Part shown: one piece after another, positions 56,370 to 64,000 of the stretch
Layout: each line of letters starts with the position of its first letter
Numbering within the stretch: the stretch's first letter is position 1
Source of the DNA: an uncultured Ferruginibacter sp.
GTDB taxonomy: Bacteria; Bacteroidota; Bacteroidia; Chitinophagales; Chitinophagaceae
Direction of reading: 5' to 3'
DNA: 64,000 nucleotides
Assembly (NCBI GenBank): GCA_964590975.1
Contig: CAZPXP010000006.1
Location: 42,729 to 106,728 of the forward strand
Position numbers and translations under genes: made by a program
The notes under the pieces: model-generated
What the model saw: only the letters and a program-made list of their open reading frames with translations
Database searches by the model: none
Told to the model about the DNA's origin: nothing

Positions 56370-58727
56370 CTATTTTTCGGTGATCACAAACGTGACCGGT
56401 TGTCTGCGGTAAGATTTAACGATGTGCCCGTTCTGTGAGGCGGGTATCCATTTTGGCCCGTTCTGCAGCATTTTTATACAATGCGCAGCAGTTTTTGAGT
56501 CGGGATAGTTGAGCGCTGTGATGTTGCTGAGGCTGCCATCTTTATCTACAATAAATTGTAGCGTTATCACGTAATTACCTTTTGCCCATCCTTCTTTAAT
56601 GGGCAGGCTGGCGTCGAGGTGGGTGGTGAGGTATTTTTTCCATGCCTCGTTTCCACCGGGAAAGGCAGCTTCTGTTTCCACTTTTGTAAATAGGGGTTGT
56701 GGTTCTTCAACGACCTGTGCAACTCCCTGCGGGCGGGCGGGTTGCACGGTGTAGGCCTGGCCTTTTATATTTTGTATAGTTGCTGTTCCGGTTGCGGCAG
56801 GAGCCAAAGTGGTTGCCTGTGCGGGCACTGTTTTTATATTAATTGCAACTGCTGGTTTTGTGGCAATGACTATTACGCCATGGGCGCCTTCGGGGCCGTA
56901 GGTCTTAATAACTTCAGGCGATTTCAGTACATTCACCGTGGCTATTGTTTCGGGGTTTAATGTTTTGAGTACTTCGCCGGTAACTTTTACCCCGTCGATA
57001 ATATACAACGGATCTGCTCCTGTGCGTGCAGGTGTGACGAGCACGTTATTTACATTAACTTCTTTTACGAGTGGTGCTGCACTTTCAACAGTTGTCTTTA
57101 CGGGGGAAAGCTGCAGCCTGGTAACCTGTGCGGGCACTTCCCGGGCTGCAATCACAAATGTTGAATCCGTTTCGGCTACGGGGGCAGTAATTTCGACTTC
57201 GGCGAGTGCAGGGGCAACGGGCTCGTTCATCTTTTGCGTTTGCCTGTTCTGCGCATAGCTGGTGATGGAGTTGAGGATATTGCGTGCTATTGTTTCCTGG
57301 CCTGCGGTGCTGCGCAGGTATTCTGCATCCTTACTGCTTGTGATGTACCCGGCTTCTATGAGTACGGAAGGGCATGGGGCTGACTGCAATACCCAGATGC
57401 CTGCCTGTCTTTGTTTGGGATTGCTTTCTACCGGCAGGGAGTAATTGCTTTTAAATACATTGATCAGTGCAGAGGCAAAGAGTTTGCTTGAGGCGGCATT
57501 GGTGTACTGATCGCGGGCGACAAATACGCTGAGTCCGCTTTTGCCGGATGAGCTGCCCTTTGTTTCTGAGTCCATGTGTATGGATACAAAGAGATCTGCC
57601 TTTTCTTTCAGGGCTATAGCTGTTCTGTCTTGTACAGAAATTGCTTTGTCGTCTTCTCTTGTTAATATGATGCGGATGTTTTCGTCTGTATTGAGGGCTT
57701 TAATTCTCCGGGCAATGGCCAGGTTGAGGTCTTTTTCTGCAAGTCCGTTTATGTTGATACCACCGGCGTCGCTGCCTCCGTGGCCGGGATCGATGACAAC
57801 GGTGAGTTGCTGGCTGGCAGCGATGGTTGTGGCAGCAGGGATTACCTTTGCTTTAAGTGTAAAGGCGGCAATAACGAAGGCGGCCAGTGGCAGTACCAGG
57901 ATGCGGCTGATGTAGGACACGCGGGGATTCTGATTCTTTGTTAACATAAGGAGTCTGCGTTTAATTGGGGAATAAAAAAAGTTGTTGACGAGTTCGAAGC
58001 GGTGGCCGGGATAGGCCGCCTGCAGTATCATGGCTGCAAAAGCAGCGGTATTGCTGTCTTCCACCGCCTTTTTATCGGCGATAAATTCGTGAATCATGTT
58101 GATTTCTTTACGGATGAGCCAGAAGAAGGGGTTGCACCAGAAAAAGATCAGCAGGAAATTGAGAAAGAGTTTGTCGAGGCTGTGGTGTTCGCGCACGTGT
58201 GCTACTTCGTGCCGGAATATCTGCTTGCCTGTTTCGCTTTCTAGGTCGATTTCTTCGTTCCAGAAAATATAATTCAGGAAAGAAAAGGGGGTGCCTTTGG
58301 CGCGGGTGTTGATAAAGAAGAAGCGTTCCACGACCTGGCCTTTGTAAGTATAAATAAGGGTACGGATTATCCAGAGCACCCTGATAAAGGCAATCATCAG
58401 GATGATGCTTACAATAATATACAGGGTTGAAAGCAACTGCGAAGTAGTAAAATAAAAGGTATGCTGCCCGGGCACATAAGTGCTTACAAAATCGTCGCCA
58501 CTGTTTACTACCTGTAATAGCTGTATGGCCTGGCTTGGTTCTGCATCGGCAGGATGCAGGATATTGATTTTGAGCAGGGGCAGGGTAAGCGAGAGTACTA
58601 CCGAGAGCAGCAGGAAAAAGCGGTTGTAGTGATGGTAGAGCTTGTTGCGTAACATCACCCAGTAATAACCCAGCAGGATGCCGGAACAGAGCAGAACCTT
58701 TATCAGGTACCAGGAGGCCTGTAACAT
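56370..58727 (-). CDS. BlaR1-like M56 membrane metallopeptidase fused to an Amidase_3 (N-acetylmuramoyl-L-alanine amidase) domain and a TonB C-terminal domain
   Basis: M56 motif FRHEVAHVREHHSLDKLF. Amidase_3 motifs VVIDPGHGGSDAGG, EKDLNLAIARRI, ADLFVSIHMDS, PSVLIEAGYITS. TonB_C region FTKVETEAAFPGGNEAWKKYL...NGHIVKSYRRQPVTFVI. Confidence 0.88.
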   Translation of the reverse strand: MLQASWYLIKVLLCSGILLGYYWVMLRNKLYHHYNRFFLLLSVVLSLTLPLLKINILHPADAEPSQAIQLLQVVNSGDDFVSTYVPGQHTFYFTTSQLLSTLYIIVSIILMIAFIRVLWIIRTLIYTYKGQVVERFFFINTRAKGTPFSFLNYIFWNEEIDLESETGKQIFRHEVAHVREHHSLDKLFLNFLLIFFWCNPFFWLIRKEINMIHEFIADKKAVEDSNTAAFAAMILQAAYPGHRFELVNNFFYSPIKRRLLMLTKNQNPRVSYISRILVLPLAAFVIAAFTLKAKVIPAATTIAASQQLTVVIDPGHGGSDAGGININGLAEKDLNLAIARRIKALNTDENIRIILTREDDKAISVQDRTAIALKEKADLFVSIHMDSETKGSSSGKSGLSVFVARDQYTNAASSKLFASALINVFKSNYSLPVESNPKQRQAGIWVLQSAPCPSVLIEAGYITSSKDAEYLRSTAGQETIARNILNSITSYAQNRQTQKMNEPVAPALAEVEITAPVAETDSTFVIAAREVPAQVTRLQLSPVKTTVESAAPLVKEVNVNNVLVTPARTGADPLYIIDGVKVTGEVLKTLNPETIATVNVLKSPEVIKTYGPEGAHGVIVIATKPAVAINIKTVPAQATTLAPAATGTATIQNIKGQAYTVQPARPQGVAQVVEEPQPLFTKVETEAAFPGGNEAWKKYLTTHLDASLPIKEGWAKGNYVITLQFIVDKDGSLSNITALNYPDSKTAAHCIKMLQNGPKWIPASQNGHIVKSYRRQPVTFVITEK

Positions 58728-58759
58728 AATCGTTTGGTTAAAATTGAATAATGGCGGGA

Positions 58760-59122
58760 TTATCCCTGCTTTTTCTTTAATTGCTTCAGCAGCAGTTCGA
58801 GATCGGTGATGCTGAGGTTGTTCTCCCTGATCATAAAAGACACAGCATTGCTGAACGAGCCTTCGAAGTAACCTTTTACAAGGTGCTTCATTGTGCTCTT
58901 GCTGTAGGTATCTTTTGTAACGAGGGGATAATACTGGTGCATGCGGCCAAATACTTCGATGCCTACAAATTCTTTTTCCACGAGTATCTTAATGATTGTG
59001 GCTACTGTATTGCTGTGGGGCCTGGGATCGGGAATCTCCTCGATGATCTCCCTGAGAAAAGCTTTTTCGAGCTTCCACAGCACGAGCATGATTTGTTCTT
59101 CTGCCTTGGTTAATGTTTTCAT
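58760..59122 (-). CDS. BlaI/MecI/CopY family transcriptional repressor
   Basis: 120 aa. LTKAEEQIMLVLWKLEKAFLREIIEEI...SNTVATIIKILVEKEFV winged helix. Immediately upstream of the M56 gene. Confidence 0.92.
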   Translation of the reverse strand: MKTLTKAEEQIMLVLWKLEKAFLREIIEEIPDPRPHSNTVATIIKILVEKEFVGIEVFGRMHQYYPLVTKDTYSKSTMKHLVKGYFEGSFSNAVSFMIRENNLSITDLELLLKQLKKKQG

Positions 59123-59327
59123 TTCCTGATATTTCGATACAAATATAAACTAATTAATTAGTTTACCAACTATTTTTTTAGTTGTTCACAATTTTAACAA
59201 TTGTACGGGGAAATTTTTTTTCCTGCGCCCGGTCAATAAGGCTAATTTTGTTGTTCTGCCACCGGGTGTGCAAGTGTAACAGCCGGGGGGATTATAAACC
59301 GATCATACAAAGCAATATCAGGTAAAG

Positions 59328-60017
59328 ATGGCTCAATCTCTTATAGAATTAAAGAATGTTAATATATACCAGGGTTCCACGCTGGTGCTTCAGCATGTAA
59401 ATATTGCGGTTGATAAAGGCGAGTTTGTATACCTGGTGGGTAAAACGGGTACCGGTAAGTCGAGCCTGCTCAAAACACTATATGGGGATCTTTCTCTTAG
59501 AGAGGGGGAGGGCTGGGTGGCCAGCTATAACCTGAAGGATATAACCTGGAAGACGGTTCCTTTCCTGCGCCGTAATCTTGGTGTGGTATTCCAGGATTTT
59601 CAACTGCTTACAGACAGGAATGTGAATGACAACCTTAAGTTTGTGCTGAAGGCTACCGGCTGGAAGGATGAAAAGCTGATGGATGAAAAGGTGGCTGATG
59701 TGCTGGATAAGGTAGGCTTAAAAACAAAGGGTTTTAAAATGCCTTTTGAGCTGAGCGGTGGTGAGCAGCAGCGGGTGGATATTGCACGTGCATTGCTCAA
59801 CTCGCCCAAACTGATCCTTGCCGATGAGCCTACGGGTAACCTTGACCCTGAGACTTCTGACGAGATCATGGACTTGCTCTTCCATATCTGCCGTGATTAT
59901 AATACTACTATTGTAATGGCTACGCATGACTACAGGGTGATACAGAAATACCCTGCGCGTACTATTAAAACCGAGCAAAACAAAGTGTGGGATAACGCTA
60001 CCATATCCATGCTATAA
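59328..60017 (+). CDS. ftsE: Cell-division ABC transporter ATP-binding protein FtsE
   Basis: Walker [31 protein letters not shown] matches E. coli FtsE VPFLRRQIGMIFQDHHLL. Signature LSGGEQQRV. Walker [12 protein letters not shown]. Confidence 0.88.
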   Translation: MAQSLIELKNVNIYQGSTLVLQHVNIAVDKGEFVYLVGKTGTGKSSLLKTLYGDLSLREGEGWVASYNLKDITWKTVPFLRRNLGVVFQDFQLLTDRNVNDNLKFVLKATGWKDEKLMDEKVADVLDKVGLKTKGFKMPFELSGGEQQRVDIARALLNSPKLILADEPTGNLDPETSDEIMDLLFHICRDYNTTIVMATHDYRVIQKYPARTIKTEQNKVWDNATISML

Positions 60018-61122
60018 GCTTCCTGGCGTTTTCTTTATTATTATACTGGCGTTGCAGGATGCCCTGCCGCAGTTGTATCTCTTCCTCGGGGTAGGGGAGA
60101 TAATATAATTGCAGGATAACGGAGCAGAAGGCTTCGGGTGTTTCTGCGATATGGCAGGCGGTTTCAAGACCACTGCCTGCTACGCCTGCTTCATTTACGA
60201 GACAGTGCCGCCCGTTGCAAAGTGCATTGATCAGTTTCAGTTTTACACCTGTATTATTAAAGGATGGCAATATATTGATCTGGGCTTTGGCGAGCAGGTC
60301 TTTCAGTTCGGCATCTGAGGGGTTGGCGAGCAGGCATGTATGCTGCCTGCGCCGAGCCAGCCGTTTGAGCGCGGGGGAGGGGTTGCGGCCTGCGATGACG
60401 AGCGGTATGTCGATTTTACTGAATACTTTCTTAAGCAGCCAAACGCATGCTTTTTCATTTTCGTTGATGGCGAGGTTACCATGATACAGGCAGTAGTTGC
60501 CTATGCCTTGCTTGCCGGCTACGAGGGTATCTGCGATAAATACGGGCAGGAAATGAATGGCTTTTGCACCAAAGGTTTGCTGGTATAGCGATACGTCTGT
60601 TTGGCTAACGGCAATGAATACTGCTTTATTGGCCAGCCTGCGTTCGTACTTTTTCAGAAGATAACTCTCGCGGAGAAAGTAAAAGCGTTTGAGCCAGTTC
60701 TTTTCGTGCAGGGCCAGCTTATGGTAATAATTAAATTCTGCGTTGTGCAGGCGTACGAGGATTTTCCTATTGCGCAGCTCGCCGGTAAAAAGGTGATAGG
60801 TGGTATGGATGCCTTCGAGCAGGATGGGATAATCGTCTGCATTGAGCCGGTTTACGAGCTCCTGGTTTGCTCTGGATTTTACAATAAAGGGCAGGCTTGC
60901 CGAGATGCCTTTGAGGTTTTTGTTGCGCGTATAATAGTGTACGGAGGCACAATAGTTTTCGAGCACCGGCTGGGGTTCGCGTCCCTGCGTAAAACAGTGC
61001 AGGTGAATATGCACGCCTTCGTTTTTGAGGGCTTTGAGCTTATAAAAAAGATCGACCACGCCGCCATAGTCTGCAGGCCAGGGTACGTCGTGGGTAACAA
61101 TATGTAAATGCCTTTCCGTCAC
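59998..61122 (-). CDS. Glycosyltransferase (GT-B fold, family 1/4-like)
   Basis: 374 aa. N-terminal HIVTHDVPWPADYGGVVDLFYKLKAL. The C-terminal half has the usual GT1 layout (LVIAGRNP...NILPSFNNTGVKLKLINAL). Its 3' end overlaps ftsE by 20 bp. Confidence 0.8.
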   Translation of the reverse strand: MTERHLHIVTHDVPWPADYGGVVDLFYKLKALKNEGVHIHLHCFTQGREPQPVLENYCASVHYYTRNKNLKGISASLPFIVKSRANQELVNRLNADDYPILLEGIHTTYHLFTGELRNRKILVRLHNAEFNYYHKLALHEKNWLKRFYFLRESYLLKKYERRLANKAVFIAVSQTDVSLYQQTFGAKAIHFLPVFIADTLVAGKQGIGNYCLYHGNLAINENEKACVWLLKKVFSKIDIPLVIAGRNPSPALKRLARRRQHTCLLANPSDAELKDLLAKAQINILPSFNNTGVKLKLINALCNGRHCLVNEAGVAGSGLETACHIAETPEAFCSVILQLYYLPYPEEEIQLRQGILQRQYNNKENARKLIAWIW

Positions 61123-62222
61123 GCTTTTGCAAATATGTGTTGATAAAAAGCCAATAGTTTTTTTTCTTCTTCCTGCCAGTTGAGTACCTGTCTTGCTCTG
61201 CGGCAGGCTGCCTGTAACCGCTGGTAATGCGCTTTATCTTTAAGCAGGCGGTTGATGGCGGCTGCCACTGCTGTTTCCTCGACCGTATCTATAAGAATGG
61301 CTACTTCAAATGTTTCATTGAGCCGCCTGTATTCGGGAAAGTTCATTGTTACCTGCGGAATGCCTGCATGGATATAATCAAAAAATTTATTTGCCAGGGA
61401 ATAATACTGGTTTAGGCCGTTGTATTCTACCAGGTTTATACCGATGGTTGCCTGTTGTGTGATTGCGGGCAACTCTGCGGGCAATACCGGTTTTTTCAAC
61501 AGTACTTTCTGTTCGAGTGCATGTGTTTTAATCAGCTCTTTTGCCTGTTCCAGAAAGTTGCCTTCCCCATATACAACAAGCAGGGCGTCGATTTGTTTCA
61601 TAGCGGGAATGAGTTGTTCGAACCCCCTTGCTTCGTTTACCGCACCCTGGTAGAGTATGATCCTGTCTTTTTTTTCCTGCTGTACTGTTGTTTCTACCGG
61701 TTGAAGCAGGGTTATGTTCCTGATCACTTCGTATTGCACACCATATTCTTTTTCAAAAGCTGCTGCTATGGCATAGCTTACGGTATAGCCATGCCGGAAC
61801 CGGGGAACATAGCGGCGTTCTACCTGGTGCCATATCTTATAGATGCGCGGGCGGGTAATGATTTCTTTCTGTTGCGAAAAATATTCGTGTGCGTCGTAAA
61901 CGATCCGTTTGCTCCTGAGCTTTGCGGCCCAGTACACCGGCAGGATGGTGTCGAGATCGATACAGCAGAAGAGGTCGGCTTTTACAAAGAGGAGGTAAAG
62001 GAACAGGCGGATATTGTACCAGGTATAAAAAGCAAATCCTTTACGGAAAGGGGTGAAGAGTCTTTTTTGTGTGAAAGGTTGCGGGGGGAGGGAGGTAGTG
62101 CCGCGGAAGCGTACGCCGGTGAGTGTAACGTCATAGCCTGCCCGGGCGAGGGAAGTGCAGATCCTGATCATCCGCTGGTCGTACCGGAGTGTATTGGTGA
62201 CGGTAAAGACTAATTGCTTCAC
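61119..62222 (-). CDS. Glycosyltransferase (GT-B fold)
   Basis: 367 aa. RMIRICTSLARAGYDVTL...DAHEYFSQQKE, with a C-terminal LVVYGEGN...GINLVEYNGLNQYYSLANKFFDYIHAGIP (E/N-x7-E-like region). 4-bp overlap with the downstream GT gene. Confidence 0.8.
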   Translation of the reverse strand: MKQLVFTVTNTLRYDQRMIRICTSLARAGYDVTLTGVRFRGTTSLPPQPFTQKRLFTPFRKGFAFYTWYNIRLFLYLLFVKADLFCCIDLDTILPVYWAAKLRSKRIVYDAHEYFSQQKEIITRPRIYKIWHQVERRYVPRFRHGYTVSYAIAAAFEKEYGVQYEVIRNITLLQPVETTVQQEKKDRIILYQGAVNEARGFEQLIPAMKQIDALLVVYGEGNFLEQAKELIKTHALEQKVLLKKPVLPAELPAITQQATIGINLVEYNGLNQYYSLANKFFDYIHAGIPQVTMNFPEYRRLNETFEVAILIDTVEETAVAAAINRLLKDKAHYQRLQAACRRARQVLNWQEEEKKLLAFYQHIFAKA

Positions 62223-62228
62223 AGTGGG

Positions 62229-63230
62229 CTATAGTTTTACCGTTTGATAAATATTTTCGATGAGCCGGATGGTGCGCAGGGCTTCTTTGCCGTCTGTTAC
62301 CGCGCTGTCTTCGCCGGCCAGTGCCTTTATTACTTCTTCATACACTTTATCGTGGTTGCTCATTGAGCCCTGGTAGAAACCATAATCGTTGGCGCTGTTG
62401 CCCTTAGTAAGGGTAGTAGTATCGATGAGGAAGGGTTCCTGGTACTGTAATTCGTTGAGGTAGGGGCCACCGATTCTGAGTGTGCCTTTGGCGGCAACGA
62501 TGCTGAGTGATACTTCGTGGTTTTTGTTTGTTGCGTTTACGCTGTAGTGCAGGGTTCCGATAATACCATTGCCGAGTTCAAGCGCCAGGGCACCGGTATC
62601 TTCAAAAGCTATGTTGCCTGTGTGGGCTATATTGCGCCTGAAGCCGCTGACACGGCCAGGCTCGCCGAGCAGCCAGAGCAGGACGTCGGTATAATGGCTG
62701 AACTGTGTAAAGAGGGTGCCTCCATCGAGGTCGGCACTGCCTTTCCAGCCGGTATAGTAGGGGGCGGGGCGGTTCCATACGCAGTTCATGGCGAAGCTGT
62801 AGATTTCTCCGAGCTGTTGTGTACGGATCAACTCACGCAATGCGAGTACTATGGGGTTATGCCTGGTGGATTTTACCACAAAGAGTTGTTTGCGGGCGGC
62901 GGCGGCGGCGGCAATCATCGCTTCACCGTCGGCGGTGTGCAGACAGAGTGGTTTTTCGCAGAGGGCGTGGAAGCCGGTTCCGAGCGCAGCGATACAGTGC
63001 CGGGCGTGGAGGCCGTTTGGAGTGCATACACTGATGACGTCTGTATTGGCGGCCTGCTGAAAGAGGTCGGTGGCAGTGTAATAAGCAGGTACACCGTAGC
63101 GGGCAGCGAGTGCGTCTGCCTTTTCGGTAGCAATATCACAAACAGCGGTAAGGCGGCCCTGTGCAGCAATTTGTGCTGCATGCCGCTCTGCTATCTTTCC
63201 GCAACCCAGTATGGCGAACCCGTAACTCAT
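62229..63230 (-). CDS. Gfo/Idh/MocA family NAD(P)-dependent oxidoreductase
   Basis: Rossmann N-terminus FAILGCGKIAERHA, EKPL motif (LCEKPLCLH), and the C-terminal alpha/beta dimerisation domain pattern. Confidence 0.9.
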   Translation of the reverse strand: MSYGFAILGCGKIAERHAAQIAAQGRLTAVCDIATEKADALAARYGVPAYYTATDLFQQAANTDVISVCTPNGLHARHCIAALGTGFHALCEKPLCLHTADGEAMIAAAAAARKQLFVVKSTRHNPIVLALRELIRTQQLGEIYSFAMNCVWNRPAPYYTGWKGSADLDGGTLFTQFSHYTDVLLWLLGEPGRVSGFRRNIAHTGNIAFEDTGALALELGNGIIGTLHYSVNATNKNHEVSLSIVAAKGTLRIGGPYLNELQYQEPFLIDTTTLTKGNSANDYGFYQGSMSNHDKVYEEVIKALAGEDSAVTDGKEALRTIRLIENIYQTVKL

Positions 63231-63329
63231 TTCCCGGCAAATATGCTGCTTTTAATTGTAATGTCGCGACAGAAAAAATGGTAGTTGCATTTGTTTTTTG
63301 GTACATTTACGGCCAAAATCTTAGTTATT

Positions 63330-63824
63330 ATGTCTACCCAGGATGTATTATTTGACCCTGTACCCAAAAAAAGACCCGTTTTTTTACTGGTATTATGTAT
63401 TCTTACTTTTTGCGGCAGTGGTATTTCGCTGTTTTCCAACGTGTACTCTTACCTGACGGCCAATAAAGCGGCGGCGGATATGGAAAGGGCGAAGCGTATG
63501 ATGGAAAACGGGAAGGATGCCGGATCGAAGAAGATGGCCGAATTTTTCGGTACGATGGCTGATTCGATGACGGCTGAAAAGATCCAATATATGGCAGGTG
63601 CGGGATTACTCGCTGCTGTTCTATGCCTGATCGGGGCTTTTTTGATGCTTAAACTGCGGAAAACCGGCTTTATCTTTTATGTAGCAGGTACCATTGTGGG
63701 CGTAGCGTTGCCTTTTATTATTATGGGTTCCAACTTGTTCAGCACGGTATCGGTGGTTATTGGTGGGCTGATCGGTGTTGCTTTCTGCATTATGTATGCG
63801 GTCAATCTCAAAGAGATGAACTGA
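63330..63824 (+). CDS. Hypothetical membrane protein (4 predicted TM segments)
   Basis: The ATG at 63330 gives MSTQDVLFDPVPKKRPVFLLVLCILTFCGSGISLF, followed by three further hydrophobic segments. No recognisable family. Confidence 0.6.
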   Translation: MSTQDVLFDPVPKKRPVFLLVLCILTFCGSGISLFSNVYSYLTANKAAADMERAKRMMENGKDAGSKKMAEFFGTMADSMTAEKIQYMAGAGLLAAVLCLIGAFLMLKLRKTGFIFYVAGTIVGVALPFIIMGSNLFSTVSVVIGGLIGVAFCIMYAVNLKEMN

Positions 63825-64000
63825 TTGCAGAGTAAACCGGGTGTACGAAGTGGCTGACTGAGTAGTGGGCAGCGGGTAGTTTGTCTATACTCCAACATCG
63901 CTTTAACTATACTGTAAGCCTGCTGTTGCCGGGGGAGAGGGTTACTGTGTATGGTCTGAAAAAAAATCAGTGAACAGGCTGTTTTTCGGCATTTTATGCT

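Noticed and set aside
1-64000. tRNA, rRNA or riboswitch genes
   Set aside because: I scanned intergenic regions for T-loop-like GGTTCGAATCC motifs and conserved riboswitch cores and found none. This is a by-eye scan only, so small ncRNAs cannot be excluded.

Overview
The window looks like a Bacteroidota chromosome segment, probably Chitinophagaceae-like. The phylum call rests on several T9SS type A and type B C-terminal sorting domains, SprB repeats, an M56-TonB fusion protein and lipoprotein-rich efflux operons. No rRNA, tRNA, CRISPR array, transposase or integrase was recognised by eye.

Housekeeping and accessory content, left to right:
- 1-6390: an RND efflux operon on the minus strand (TetR, adaptor, pump, NodT-type outer-membrane factor).
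- 6503-8028: a GNAT acetyltransferase and a secreted C1 peptidase.
- 8503-16889: a dense two-component-system cluster wrapped around a T9SS cargo gene.
- 17038-17288: a 21-bp-period degenerate tandem repeat.
- 18599-25295: a second RND operon on the plus strand (TolC, adaptor, pump) followed by an AraC regulator.
- 25301-26768: an AT-rich islet with a split HipA-like kinase pair.
- 27068-28597: a GH29 fucosidase.
- 56370-63824: a BlaI/BlaR1-like pair, ftsE, two glycosyltransferases, an oxidoreductase and a small membrane protein.

The most interesting part is a roughly 26-kb cell-surface locus (29140-55207). Its core is a tightly spaced plus-strand gene string (33757-48479):
- a SprB-repeat adhesin with a T9SS sorting domain;
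- a 617-aa outer-membrane beta-barrel;
- a 2001-aa secreted protein with FN3, a central HExxH motif and a C-terminal R-S-E-type ADP-ribosyltransferase (YRG / SxS / QxE);
- a NADAR-domain protein 11 bp downstream;
- another protein with a T9SS sorting domain.

I read barrel + giant toxin + NADAR as a CdiB/CdiA/CdiI-like polymorphic-toxin and immunity module of a kind I do not recognise as described for this phylum. The toxin is probably a nucleic-acid (guanine) ADP-ribosylating one. The toxin tail plus immunity gene lie in a visibly lower-GC segment that starts just after the HExxH motif.

All domain calls are by-eye motif recognition. No searches or computations were run.
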